Below are positions 52,060 to 61,996 of a stretch of DNA of 64,000 nt, piece by piece. The stretch covers positions 805,129 through 869,128 of the forward strand of contig CBDBNU010000002.1 of NCBI GenBank assembly GCA_965207845.1. The letters run 5' to 3'. Within the stretch, counting starts at the first letter, position 1. Each line of letters begins with the position of its first letter. This DNA comes from Dehalococcoidia bacterium (lineage in GTDB: Bacteria > Chloroflexota > Dehalococcoidia > Lucifugimonadales > GCA-2712585). The notes under the pieces were generated by a model, which did no database searches, had not been told where the DNA came from, and was given only the letters and a program-made list of their open reading frames with translations. Position numbers and translations under genes: made by a program.

Positions 52060-53702
52060 GGTTCGATGGTCCTCTCGTCTAGAATTCGTCCGCCCATATT
52101 TCTGGCGGCGCGCACAAGGGGGCTGGTTGCGGCTGCCGGACGGCGGCCTGCGTTTTCGAGCACAGTCAGTTTGATTTCGTAGGGTTTGCCAAGGTAGTGG
52201 TTGATGGCGTTTTTGACGGCGTCGCTGCCTTTGGCCTCCTGCAGTTCGCTCTCCATGCGTTCCATGTTGGAGCGGTGGCTGAATGGCAGAATGATGGAGC
52301 CGTTTTCGACGTGGGGACTGCGGCAGTCCTTGAGGAGGGCGCCGAGGAAGAAACGTCTTCCCTTCTCCCGGCGGAGGGAGCGGACAATCTGTTCCCAGAT
52401 GGCTGGGGAGATGGAGTCGCCGTTTCCCTGGGCCACGGGGACGGGTGCGGGGGCAGGTGTGGGAGTGGGGGCGTCTGCCGGGGGAGTCCGGGTTGGACGG
52501 GCGGGCTGACGCTGGGGTTGAGGTTGAGCCGGCGCGGGACGGCGTTGGTAGGAATTGGGACGGGTGCCGCCGCTGGCAGCGGGCTGGGGAGCCCTTGTTG
52601 GAGCGGCGGGTTGCGTGGGTTGGGCTTCTTCGGCCAGAGAGGTCTCAACAACGGCCAGCTCCAGGGGGAGGCTGCTGGTAGCATCGAGGCGCATGTTGAT
52701 TTCGCCGAGGGACTTGAGGCAGCGCATGATCTTGGGGAGCTGGACTTTGCGGGCGAGGGCGGCCATTTCGTTCAGGGTCTCGGCGCCGATGTCGAGGGTA
52801 TCGGCGGCGCCGGACTTGATCAGTAGCACGGCCCGGAGAAGTTCCACTGATTGGCGGTGGACCTGACGGAGGTCGACGCCTTCGCTGGCGGCTTTGCCGA
52901 TGACGCCGAGGGCGCCGGGAGTGTTGCCGAGGAGGAAATGGGCTACGAGGGCCTGGGCTTCGCGTGAGTGGGACAGGCCCAGCATATCCTGAAGTGCGTT
53001 GATGTCCGGGTTCTGGCCGAAAGAGACCACCACCTGCTCCAGGAGATTTTCGGCGTCGCGGAGGCTGCCACCGGCGGCCCTGGCGAGGGCGCCAAGGACG
53101 GCGGCATCGGCTTCGATGCCTTCCTGCTCGCAGATGAAGCGGAGTCGTTCAACGATGGTCTCGGAGGAGATGCGGCGGAAGTCGAATCGCTGGCAGCGGG
53201 AGATGATAGTTGGGAGGATTTTGTGGGGCTCAGTGGTGCAGAGGACGAAGATGACGTGGGGAGGCGGTTCCTCGAGGGTCTTGAGGAAGGCGTTGGAGGC
53301 GGCCTCGGTGAGCATGTGGGCTTCGTCGACGATATAGACCTTGTACTTGCTCTCGACGGGGGAGAAGTTTACACGGTCGCGGATGCTGCGAATCTCGTCA
53401 ATGCCGCGGTTGCTGGCGGCGTCCATTTCGATGAGGTCCATGGCGCGGCCGGTGTCGATATTCTCGCAGAGGGAGCAGGTGTTGTCGGGCTCGCCGTCCT
53501 GGGGGTTGAGGCAGCTGAGGGTGCGGGCGAGGACGCGGGCGGTGGTGGTCTTGCCGGTGCCGCGGGGGCCGCAGAAGAGGTAGGCGTGGGAGATGCGGTC
53601 CTGGATTACGGCCTGTCGGAGGACGGTGGTGACGTGCTCCTGACCGGCGAGGTCGGAGAAACGGCGGGGACGCCACTTGCGATACAGGACCTGGGAGGAC
53701 AT
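52056..53702 (-). CDS. dnaX: DNA polymerase III subunit gamma/tau
   Basis: LYRKWRP, GPRGTGKTT, DAASN, DEAHML, SRCQ. Start MSSQVLY. Confidence 0.96.
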   Translation of the reverse strand: MSSQVLYRKWRPRRFSDLAGQEHVTTVLRQAVIQDRISHAYLFCGPRGTGKTTTARVLARTLSCLNPQDGEPDNTCSLCENIDTGRAMDLIEMDAASNRGIDEIRSIRDRVNFSPVESKYKVYIVDEAHMLTEAASNAFLKTLEEPPPHVIFVLCTTEPHKILPTIISRCQRFDFRRISSETIVERLRFICEQEGIEADAAVLGALARAAGGSLRDAENLLEQVVVSFGQNPDINALQDMLGLSHSREAQALVAHFLLGNTPGALGVIGKAASEGVDLRQVHRQSVELLRAVLLIKSGAADTLDIGAETLNEMAALARKVQLPKIMRCLKSLGEINMRLDATSSLPLELAVVETSLAEEAQPTQPAAPTRAPQPAASGGTRPNSYQRRPAPAQPQPQRQPARPTRTPPADAPTPTPAPAPVPVAQGNGDSISPAIWEQIVRSLRREKGRRFFLGALLKDCRSPHVENGSIILPFSHRSNMERMESELQEAKGSDAVKNAINHYLGKPYEIKLTVLENAGRRPAAATSPLVRAARNMGGRILDERTIEP

Positions 53703-54027
53703 GGGTTGATTGTACCAGTTTTTCGGGGGAGCGAGAAAGAAAAAGGTGTCAGTTGCGGGAGGGTTGGGGATGGGTGCTACGGGGTGCACGTGAGTGGGTA
53801 TTTACGGCAACGAGATTCTTCGACTCCGCTGCGCTGCGCTCAGAATGAGAAGTGGGTGGAGGGGGAGGAGGAGTGGGCCCCCGCGTCCGCGAGGGAACGG
53901 GAAGGGGGGAGGGAGGTTCGATTGCGGTTGTGTGATTTGGGGGTAGGGTATGGGCTCCTGCCTTCGCAGGAGCAAGAGCGGGGGGATTGGGTTTGAAAAG
54001 GGGCTAGAACTTCGTTGCGGGGAAGTT

Positions 54028-54249
54028 TCACAGAGCGAGAACTTCGTCACGAACGAAGTGAAGACGAATCAAGCTGGGGCGCTTCATGGTCTCGTCAAAG
54101 TAGCATTCTACAGCCTCTCTGACGTTTGAGCGCAACTCACTCAGGGTCTCGGCCTGGGTGTGGATGCCGTAGCCCAAGGCGCTTGCGGAGTAACCGCCGT
54201 CGACATCGTCCTCACGAACTTCAAGAATGACTTCTAAAGCGGTAGACAC
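54028..54249 (-). CDS. HicB-like (UPF0150) small protein
   Basis: DGGYSASALG..IHTQAETLSELRSNVREAV.CYF. Confidence 0.7.
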   Translation of the reverse strand: MSTALEVILEVREDDVDGGYSASALGYGIHTQAETLSELRSNVREAVECYFDETMKRPSLIRLHFVRDEVLAL

Positions 54250-54415
54250 TATTCTCTGCCTCATCACAAGTTGGCGAATTGGAAGGGATTTGTGTGGGGG
54301 CACGTTCTCCAGTTCGAATGAAAGTATATCAGATAGATTGCAGCTCGAGGTGATGGGTCGCGACTATGAGAGGGGGGTACTTAAGGACAGTTGGAAGGTT
54401 GAGGACGCGGACCAA

Positions 54416-54937
54416 TCAGCGTCTGCCTTCTTGAAACAGAGCGGTCATGGCCAGGTTTTGGAGGGACCACATGTGGGCTTTTTCTTGTTCGTCGTAGTGA
54501 TCGTGACCGAGGAGGTGTAGGATGCCGTGGATGACGAGGAGGGCGGTCTCTTTTTGGGGAGAATGGCAAGCCTCGGCGGCCTGCCGGTGGGCCTGGGGGA
54601 GGCAAACGATAACGTCGCCGAGGTAGGGGGGGTCGTTGGGTGGTGTGGGGAAGGCGGAGTGGGGTTCTGGCTGGAAGGGTTGGGGGTCGTCGTCGCCCTG
54701 CCAGGGGCCGTCGTGAGTTGAGGAGAAGGCGAGAACGTCGGTGATTTTATTTTCGCCACGGAAACGGGAGTTGAGGTCCAGGATTGTGTCGTCGTCGCAG
54801 AGGGCGAGAGTCAGCTGGCAGTCCTGTTTGGGGAAGCCGGCGTCGAGAGCGGCGAGGGCGGCGCTGTTCAGGCAGGCTTCGGGAGGAGAGGAGGGGAGGC
54901 CTTCTTGGATGGAGAGATGGATTTGGCGGTTGGGCAT
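54416..54937 (-). CDS. ybeY: rRNA maturation endoribonuclease YbeY
   Basis: TDVLAF, LGDV, HGILHLLGHDH. Confidence 0.93.
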   Translation of the reverse strand: MPNRQIHLSIQEGLPSSPPEACLNSAALAALDAGFPKQDCQLTLALCDDDTILDLNSRFRGENKITDVLAFSSTHDGPWQGDDDPQPFQPEPHSAFPTPPNDPPYLGDVIVCLPQAHRQAAEACHSPQKETALLVIHGILHLLGHDHYDEQEKAHMWSLQNLAMTALFQEGRR

Positions 54938-55060
54938 GGGCGTTTGGGATAGGATGTTAGCACGGGTTGCGGTTGGGTGGTAGAGGGTGGAGGAGCGGGT
55001 CCCCGTCTCCGTCAGGGGGAAAGGAGGAAAGGGGGGGAGGGTTGGACGTCAATCGGGGGC

Positions 55061-55095
55061 GAGATTCTTCGTCGCGGAGCCTCCTCAGAATGACA
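55061..55095 (+). repeat. Empty IS110 target repeat
   Basis: GAGATTCTTCGTCGCGGAGCCTCCTCAGAATGACA. Confidence 0.88.
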
Positions 55096-55118
55096 GGTGG
55101 GTATAGGGAGGTTGAAAA

Positions 55119-55147
55119 TTGACAGTGTATGGAGGGGTTATTACAAT
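55119..55147 (+). promoter_or_regulatory. Sigma70-type promoter upstream of sdhA
   Basis: TTGACA-N17-TACAAT. Confidence 0.78.
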
Positions 55148-55278
55148 GGGCGCTGACCCCACTGTCGTAATCCCTATTGATGGGCAGATGGCACCTTTGA
55201 GGGAACGGCGGTGGAGGCTATGCCACTTGACCCTGCTGCTTGTGCAAATAGTATTGCGGGGAAGCGAGAGGAGGGCCC

Positions 55279-56925
55279 TTGCCTCAACATGACGTATTAG
55301 TAGTTGGCGGCGGATTTGCGGGACTGCGGGCGGCCCTGGGCGCTCGGGCGTCCGGCGCAGACGTTGCGGTGATTTCCAAGGTGCATCCGATGCGGAGCCA
55401 CTCTTCGGGAGCACACAGCGGAATAAACGCAGCGTTGAAGTCTGGGGATTCCTGGGAGGCCCACGCGAAGGATACGATTGCCGCGGGCGGAGACCTTTCG
55501 GACCGGAAGGCGGTGGAGGTGATGTGTCAGAGTGCCGCGTCGGACGTGGTGGCGCTGGAGCACATGGGAGTCATCTTCAATCGAGATGCGGAGGGGCGGA
55601 TAGACGTTACGGCCTTTCCGGGCTCGTCCCAGGCCAGAACGGCTTATGTGGGAGACTCCGCGGGACACGTTATATTGCAGGTGCTGTTCGAGCAGCTGGT
55701 TCGGAATGAGATCCGCATCTACGATGAGTGGTTCGCCGGGTCGCTTCTGGTCGAGGATGGGATGTGCAAGGGGATCATCGCCCGGGACCTGAGGACGGGA
55801 GAGCTTCATCCTTTCCACTCCAAGGCCGTAGTGATGGCGACGGGGAACCTGGGCCAGATGTATAACGGCGGCACGTGTTCGCTTACAGGCACGGGGGACG
55901 GAGTGGCGCTTGCGTACAGGGCAGGGGTGCCTCTGATAGACATGGAGATGATGCAATATCATCCGACTACGCTGGGAGACAGGGGAATTCTGATTACGGA
56001 GGGAGTGCGGGCCGAGGGCGCTCACCTGGTGAACAAGAAGGGCGAGCGATTCATGGAGCGGTACGACGCCGACGCGATGGAGATGTCCACGAGGGACGTG
56101 GTGGCTAGGGCGGCGCTGACGGAGGTGAGGAAGAACAGGGGAGAGAAGGGGCACATTTTCCTGGACATGCGACACCTGGACAAGGCGCGGATGACGGAGC
56201 GGCTGCAGGAGACTCTGTGGATGGTGGACGATCTGGAGGGGTTGGACCCTTCTGAAGACCTGATTCCCGTGAAGCCCGGGATGCATCGTCCGCTGGGCGG
56301 GATAAAGATCGACACGTTCGGGGCCACGGGACTGTCCGGCCTGTTTGCCGCCGGGGAGTGCGCTTCCTCCGGGGTTCACGGAGCGAACCGGCTGGGCGGG
56401 AACTCACTCCTGGACTGCATTGTGTTCGGCCGCAGGGCCGGAGAGTCGGCCAGCCGCCACGCACGTGGTGTGACCTGGAGGGCTGCGACGGCGGACCTGG
56501 TGCAGCAGCAGGAGGATGGGCTCAACGAGGTAACGGCGAAGGACGCGAACAGCGACACCCCCGGGGCGGTGCGTCGGGACCTGGGCGAGATCATGGACAA
56601 GAACGTGGGGATAGTGCGGAATCTGAGGGGCCTGAGGCGAGCTGCTAATGCGGCGGCCAAGCTGCAGGAGCGTTTTGCGGCGCTGGGAGTGCGTGACAAG
56701 AGCGGGGCCTACAACATGGAGCTCAGGTCTTTGAGGGAGCTGGGGAACATGTTGGACGTGGCGCAGGTGATTATCGCCAGCGCGGAGGCCCGCGAGGAGA
56801 GTCGTGGGGCGCACTTCAGGTCGGACTTCCCCGACAGGGACGACGAGAATTGGATGAAGCGCATCGTCGCGACGTGTGGAGATGAGGGGCCGAAGCTGGA
56901 CTACGAGCCTGTGGAGGCCGATTGA
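55279..56925 (+). CDS. sdhA: Succinate dehydrogenase/fumarate reductase flavoprotein
   Basis: GGGFAG, RSHS, QYHPT, TEGVRAEG, HGANRLGGNSL, REESRGAH. Confidence 0.88.
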   Translation: MPQHDVLVVGGGFAGLRAALGARASGADVAVISKVHPMRSHSSGAHSGINAALKSGDSWEAHAKDTIAAGGDLSDRKAVEVMCQSAASDVVALEHMGVIFNRDAEGRIDVTAFPGSSQARTAYVGDSAGHVILQVLFEQLVRNEIRIYDEWFAGSLLVEDGMCKGIIARDLRTGELHPFHSKAVVMATGNLGQMYNGGTCSLTGTGDGVALAYRAGVPLIDMEMMQYHPTTLGDRGILITEGVRAEGAHLVNKKGERFMERYDADAMEMSTRDVVARAALTEVRKNRGEKGHIFLDMRHLDKARMTERLQETLWMVDDLEGLDPSEDLIPVKPGMHRPLGGIKIDTFGATGLSGLFAAGECASSGVHGANRLGGNSLLDCIVFGRRAGESASRHARGVTWRAATADLVQQQEDGLNEVTAKDANSDTPGAVRRDLGEIMDKNVGIVRNLRGLRRAANAAAKLQERFAALGVRDKSGAYNMELRSLRELGNMLDVAQVIIASAEAREESRGAHFRSDFPDRDDENWMKRIVATCGDEGPKLDYEPVEAD

Positions 56926-57010
56926 CGGGGGCAGAAAAAGGTTGGGAGTTTGATGGACGTAGAGTTAGGGCAGACAATCGAGAATCTGCCGTTGTAATCA
57001 GGAAGGAGTC

Positions 57011-57982
57011 TTGAAGATGGAAGTGAAATTTGCGGTCAAGCGATACGATCCGATAACCAACGCAGACAGTTCCACGCAGAACTATACCGCAGAGGTTGGG
57101 GAGGGGGATATGGTGCTGGACGCTCTGCTGAAGATTCGGGACGAGCAGGACCCGACGCTGGCGTTTCGGGGAAGCTGCCGGACGGGGTTTTGCGGGGACT
57201 GCACCATGACGGTGAATGGCAAGGGGGCGATTGCGTGCCGGACGAAGGTGAAGAAGGCGTGGGACGGGGCGGATGACGGCGCGATTGAGCTTGAGCCGCT
57301 CAAGATGAGTCGGACGATGAAGGACCTGGTCTACAACGCGAGGGAATTCCACTGGAACAAATTCAGGGCGGTGGAGCCTTGGGTTGATCCGGTGCAGCCA
57401 CCTGAGGAGGGGGAGCACCTGGTGCCGGGCGGACACAGCAAGCATCTGCAGGAAGCGATGAGGTGCACCCAGTGCGGGTTGTGCGACCAGGGTTGCACGG
57501 TACTGGTGGTAGACAAGACCTTCGTGGGGCCGGCGGCGTTGACGAAGGCGTACCGGGCGGTTGCCGACGAGCGGGACAGCCGGAAGCGCCAACGATTGGA
57601 CAAGCTGAGTCTACCGAGGGGCATGTGGGATTGCACGCACTGCTTCGAGGCCAGCGAGCACTGTCCGAAGTACATTGAGCCGACGGACCGGATATTTGAC
57701 CTGCACGACATGGCCATCAAGGCGGAGGCAGGGCCTCCCAAGGTGGTGCATCACTACAAGAGCTTTGCCGCCTCGGTGAAGGCCCACGGCTGGCTGGACG
57801 AGGGTCGTCTGGCGATTGAGACAGAAGGTTATACGAATGTGAAGGGGCTGATGAAGCTGCTGCCCTTCGCGGTGAAGGCGGCGGTGAAGGGGAAGCGGCC
57901 GATGCCGTATATGCTTCACAAGAAGCGGCCCGGAGCCGAGCGTATCAAGAGGATCTTCGAGAAGTGGGAGTCTTCCGGATAG
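57011..57982 (+). CDS. sdhB: Succinate dehydrogenase/fumarate reductase Fe-S subunit
   Basis: SCRTGFCGDC, CTQCGLCDQGC, CTHCFEASEHCP. Confidence 0.9.
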   Translation: MKMEVKFAVKRYDPITNADSSTQNYTAEVGEGDMVLDALLKIRDEQDPTLAFRGSCRTGFCGDCTMTVNGKGAIACRTKVKKAWDGADDGAIELEPLKMSRTMKDLVYNAREFHWNKFRAVEPWVDPVQPPEEGEHLVPGGHSKHLQEAMRCTQCGLCDQGCTVLVVDKTFVGPAALTKAYRAVADERDSRKRQRLDKLSLPRGMWDCTHCFEASEHCPKYIEPTDRIFDLHDMAIKAEAGPPKVVHHYKSFAASVKAHGWLDEGRLAIETEGYTNVKGLMKLLPFAVKAAVKGKRPMPYMLHKKRPGAERIKRIFEKWESSG

Positions 57983-58025
57983 GAGACTGCTTTTCTAATT
58001 TGACAACATTTTCAGGAGGCGCTCC

Positions 58026-58946
58026 ATGACGACCAACGGACAGGTGAAGACGAAATACGCATTCTATCCCGGCTGCGTGTCGAAGGGCGGCTGCCCTGAA
58101 CTGTATGAAGCGGTTGTGCAGGTGGCGGAAAAGCTGGGATTCGAACTTGACGATGAGGTGTTGGAAAGCGCGGGATGCACCGGCGCGGGCGTGTTGAGCA
58201 AAGAGGTTTCGGACCCCATCAACGCCCGCACCTTCGCCATGGCAGAGTCGGCGGGACTTGAGATAATGACGATTTGCAGCACCTGCCAGGGGATTATGAC
58301 GCAGGCCCACCACCGATTGAAGGACGAAGAATACCGGACGATGATCAACCGAGAGTTCCTTGCTGAGGAGGGGTTGGTGTACAAGGGGACGACGGTTATA
58401 CGTCACATGCTCTGGGCCATCGTGGAGGACTTCGGGCTTGAGAAGCTGAAGTCGATGGTGACCCATCCGCTGAACGGGATGCCGATTGCGCACTTCTACG
58501 GCTGTTACATGAAGCGTCCGCCGGAATTGATGGTGCCTAAAGAGTTCGCCAAGACGAGGAAGACTGCCTTGGAAGATGTAATCGAGGCGCTGGGCGGCAA
58601 GGCTGTGAAGACTTCCGGCAGGGGCAAGTGCTGCGGCTTTCCAATTTTGACGTCGAACGAGGACAACTCCATGGCAATGTTGGGGGACCATACGCTGGAC
58701 GCGAAGGCGAAAGGGGTAAAGGCGATGGTGACTCCCTGCCCGCTGTGCCACCTGCAACTGGACGGGAAGCAGGCGGACGCCGAGGAGCACAAGGGGGAGG
58801 AGATAGACTTGCCGGTGTTCCATCTGCCGCAGCTAGTGGGGTTGGCTTTGGGATTCAGCCCCAAGGAGATGAACCTGCAGCGGCATCTGGTGTCGACGAG
58901 GGGTATAGAGGAGGAGTTGGGGCTGGGCGTCGAGGTGAAGGCGTAG
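58026..58946 (+). CDS. HdrB-like CCG-domain protein (SdhE-type anchor)
   Basis: FYPGC, CSTC, FYGC, CCG, PCPLCH, HLPQLVGLALG. Confidence 0.88.
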   Translation: MTTNGQVKTKYAFYPGCVSKGGCPELYEAVVQVAEKLGFELDDEVLESAGCTGAGVLSKEVSDPINARTFAMAESAGLEIMTICSTCQGIMTQAHHRLKDEEYRTMINREFLAEEGLVYKGTTVIRHMLWAIVEDFGLEKLKSMVTHPLNGMPIAHFYGCYMKRPPELMVPKEFAKTRKTALEDVIEALGGKAVKTSGRGKCCGFPILTSNEDNSMAMLGDHTLDAKAKGVKAMVTPCPLCHLQLDGKQADAEEHKGEEIDLPVFHLPQLVGLALGFSPKEMNLQRHLVSTRGIEEELGLGVEVKA

Positions 58947-59003
58947 GTCCGGGATTGACTGCCGGTCGAGCAGGAAGTGAGACTCTCCATCTAAGGATGG
59001 CGT

Positions 59004-59477
59004 ATGGCTAAGAGGTATTGGCTATTCAAGTCGGAACCTTCCGCGTATTCGTTTGACGACCTGGTGGATGACGGAGTTGCGGAGTGGGACGGGGTGAGGA
59101 ACTACCAGGCGCGAAACTTGCTGCGGGACGACATCAAGGAGGGGGACGAGATACTGTTTTATCACAGCAGTACGAAGCCCCTGGCGGTGATTGGCACGGC
59201 GGTTGTTGTGAATGAGGGCTACCCGGATGCGACGGCGTGGGACCCTAAGTCGGAGCACCCGGACGCCAAGAGCACGCCGGACAATCCCATCTGGTACATG
59301 GTTGACATAAAGGCGACGAGGCGATTTCTGCGTCCGGTGACACGGGACATGTTGAAGTCGGCGCCGGAGCTTAAGGAGATGATGGTGCTTCGTCGGGGGG
59401 CGCGGCTGTCAATTCAGCCGGTGACGGAGGGGGAGTGGGAGTCGGTGGTGCGTATGGGGAATACGCCGGCGGACTAG
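59004..59477 (+). CDS. EVE domain protein
   Basis: YWLFKSEP, WDGVRNYQARN, FYHS, RLSIQPV. Confidence 0.93.
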   Translation: MAKRYWLFKSEPSAYSFDDLVDDGVAEWDGVRNYQARNLLRDDIKEGDEILFYHSSTKPLAVIGTAVVVNEGYPDATAWDPKSEHPDAKSTPDNPIWYMVDIKATRRFLRPVTRDMLKSAPELKEMMVLRRGARLSIQPVTEGEWESVVRMGNTPAD

Positions 59478-59664
59478 GGTTTTGGGGTTAGGGTTCTCCC
59501 ACGAGATTCGGTGGAGAGTTAGTGTGGTGGCAGGTTTGAAGAAGCCTGCCACCTTTTATTTTGGGAGGGGTCGGGCGCTCGGAGGGGGTGGATGGTGTAG
59601 GCAGGGTATTGGTTCCTGCCTTCGCAGGAACAAGAAGAGGGGGAGGGTGGTTCTCTACGGCAAC

Positions 59665-59699
59665 GAGATTCTTCGTCGTGGAGCCTCCTCAGAATGACA
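59665..59699 (+). repeat. Empty IS110 target repeat within a segment paralogous to the flanks of IS copy 3
   Basis: GAGATTCTTCGTCGTGGAGCCTCCTCAGAATGACA. Flanks match 60683-60773 and 61963-61986. Confidence 0.9.
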
Positions 59700-59893
59700 T
59701 GTGGGAGGAGGGGGAAGGGCGAAGAGGAGAGGGTGCGGGTAGAGGGGTGGCAAGAGCCTTCGGCTTCACTCCACTTTCCTCAGGGTAACAAGTTGGAATT
59801 GGGAGGAAGAGTGGCTCCCCGCGTCCGCGGGGGAACGGGGAGGGGACGGGCAACTACGATGTTCGCCGATGCCGAGGGGGAAGACTAGAGGGA

Positions 59894-60053
59894 TTACGGC
59901 GGTGGCGTTTCGTTGGGGTCCGGTTTGTGGGGGCGGTTTTGGCGTATGTCGTCGAGCTTGTGGCGGAGGATGCTCCGTCGCTGCCTGGAGGCGAGACGTC
60001 GCCAGGGTCTTCGGCTAAGGATGGAGGACGGCTTGAGGGAGACGCCTCGCTGG
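59894..60053 (-). pseudogene. Diverged duplicate of the 3' end of the MFS gene at 61997-63442
   Basis: Colinear with 61997-62156 (...RQNRPHKPDPNETPPP*), with scattered substitutions and no 5' part. Confidence 0.8.
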
Positions 60054-60255
60054 CTGTACTTAATGCCACGCGGACACCCTTGCCTAGCGTCCGTTTAAAT
60101 TGAACACACAGGCCGTTCAGGCGCTACAAACTGCGGAACACTGGTATTGTGTCCAGCCTCGGATACGCAACGCCGATTGGAGGGCTTGCCCTGACGAGGT
60201 GCTGGGCCACATTCCAGCGAGGGTCATCAGGAAAGGGCATAAAGTAGATGAAAGC

Positions 60256-60423
60256 ATGAGTAAACGATCGAACACCTCGATCGGTGTAGGACTAGCACTC
60301 GAAATTGGAGTTGGCGCAGCCATAGGCTCGTCACTCGGCAACATCGGCCTAGGCGTGGCAGTGGGAATCGTCTTCGGCATCGTGTTCGGTATCGCTTTGG
60401 GCAGCGAACGTGACAAAGGGTAG
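60256..60423 (+). CDS. Small glycine-zipper membrane protein
   Basis: 55 aa with GxxxG repeats. Confidence 0.6.
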   Translation: MSKRSNTSIGVGLALEIGVGAAIGSSLGNIGLGVAVGIVFGIVFGIALGSERDKG

Positions 60424-60799
60424 GCAGTGGTGACATTCTCCGATCACTGCAGCTTAAGAGACATTGGAGAGCCGGATTGGGGTGAAAGAGTCACCGGAGG
60501 CATATCTTTTCGCGGAGGGATGCTTTCGTGCAGGGAGCAGAATTGGTTCCCGTATACGCGGGGTAGGGAGGGATCGCCGAATCTCTTCGACGAGTTCAGA
60601 GGAGGTCTTAAGGGACTTCCCCATAAAAGGGGAAGGGTGAAGATTGGGAAGGTTGACGCTAAGGTTGAGGTAGGGTGTGGCTAGGGTATTGGTTCCTGTC
60701 TTCGCAGAAACAAGAAGAGGGGGAGGGTGGTTCTCTACGGCAACGAGATTCTTCGTCGCGGGGCCTCCTCAGAGTATCTGTGTTGAGAATCAAGGGTAT

Positions 60800-61741
60800 T
60801 CAGGTAGAAGAGGAGGGATTGGGGACCCAGGGAGTGCCGCGTTGGGCAACGGCGCTGAGGAGCAACAGGAGCTTACGCATGACGGCGGTGAGGGCGAGTT
60901 TGCCGGACTTGCCGCGACGACGGAGTCCTTGATAGAAGTTTTTGAGGTCGTAGTTATGTCGAACGGCGGAGAGGGCAGCCATGTAGAGGGCGCTGCGCAC
61001 CTTGGCGCGTCCACCGCGGATGGAGCGATAGCCCCTTCGGGCGCCGCTGTCCTTGGACCAGGGGGCGAGGCCTACGAGGGAGGAGAGCTGTCTGCCGTTG
61101 TAGAGGCCCAACTCTGGGAGGTAGACGGCCAGTATGGCGCTGGTCTGCTGGCCCACGCCTGGGACACTCTGGTAGAGATCGGTCTTGCGGGTCAAGAGTT
61201 GGCACTGGTGCAATCTCTTGTGGCACTCCTTGTCGAGGCGCTGGATCTCGTTATCGAGCCATTTGATGTGGCGCTGCATAGAGGAGCGAGCGTCTTTGGC
61301 AACGCCTTTGTCGAGCCGGTTCTTCTCCCGGGTTCGCTCCTGTACCAGCTGTCGACGACGGCTTAGCAGGTCTCTGAGTTCCTCCTCCTCGGTGTTCGGA
61401 GAGATGGTGTTGGACAACTCAAAGGTCTCTCCGTAGCGGGAGAGCATTTGGGCGTCTAGGCGGTCGGTCTTGGCCTGGTTACCCACTATACGGGCGAAGT
61501 TGCGTACCCGGTTGGGGTGGATTGGGTGCTCATTGATCTCCGAGTCCCTGACGGCTTTGACGAGGGGTCTCTCATAGCCGCCGGTGGTTTCGTATACCAG
61601 GTGGGTGACGCTGCAGCTTCGCAACCAGCCCAGCAGCCGGGCTATCTCCTTTTGGTTGTTGTCAAAGCGCTGGGGTGAACCTCCTGACACTGACACGTCC
61701 AGGCTTCTCTTACCCACGTCCACTCCCGCTACTACTTTCAC
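60800..61741 (-). CDS. IS110 DEDD recombinase/transposase
   Basis: Translation identical to copy 1. Confidence 0.95.
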   Translation of the reverse strand: MKVVAGVDVGKRSLDVSVSGGSPQRFDNNQKEIARLLGWLRSCSVTHLVYETTGGYERPLVKAVRDSEINEHPIHPNRVRNFARIVGNQAKTDRLDAQMLSRYGETFELSNTISPNTEEEELRDLLSRRRQLVQERTREKNRLDKGVAKDARSSMQRHIKWLDNEIQRLDKECHKRLHQCQLLTRKTDLYQSVPGVGQQTSAILAVYLPELGLYNGRQLSSLVGLAPWSKDSGARRGYRSIRGGRAKVRSALYMAALSAVRHNYDLKNFYQGLRRRGKSGKLALTAVMRKLLLLLSAVAQRGTPWVPNPSSST

Positions 61742-61769
61742 TTTGTGCACCTCCTCATCTATAATGCTT

Positions 61770-61948
61770 CTTGTCCTCCACACTTGCGATACGGGCCATT
61801 ATGCCCAGGCATCCGTTCGGAGCGACATAGCGGCGTGAGGGGTGTCCAACTCTGAACGGCGCAGGGACCTTACTTGCAGTTCCCTCGCCCAATGACAGTC
61901 GACGCGCCCCTCTCGCCCGCCCTCCAGATTGGCCTATCTGGGGGGCTT
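61770..61948 (-). ncRNA. Predicted IS110 bridge RNA (copy 3)
   Basis: Same sequence as the copy 1 non-coding end. Confidence 0.8.
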
Positions 61949-61996
61949 TTGCAATCATACAAATGACATGTGGGAGGAGGGGGAAGACTAGAGGGA

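Larger units (their letters stand above)
60774..61962 (-). mobile_element. IS110-family element, copy 3 (1189 bp)
   Basis: Same ends and insertion point as copies 1 and 2. Confidence 0.95.

Noticed and set aside
53703-54027. SRP RNA (ffs) or a tRNA upstream of dnaX
   Set aside because: No SRP helix-8 motif or cloverleaf seen. The region consists of repeat-family hairpins.
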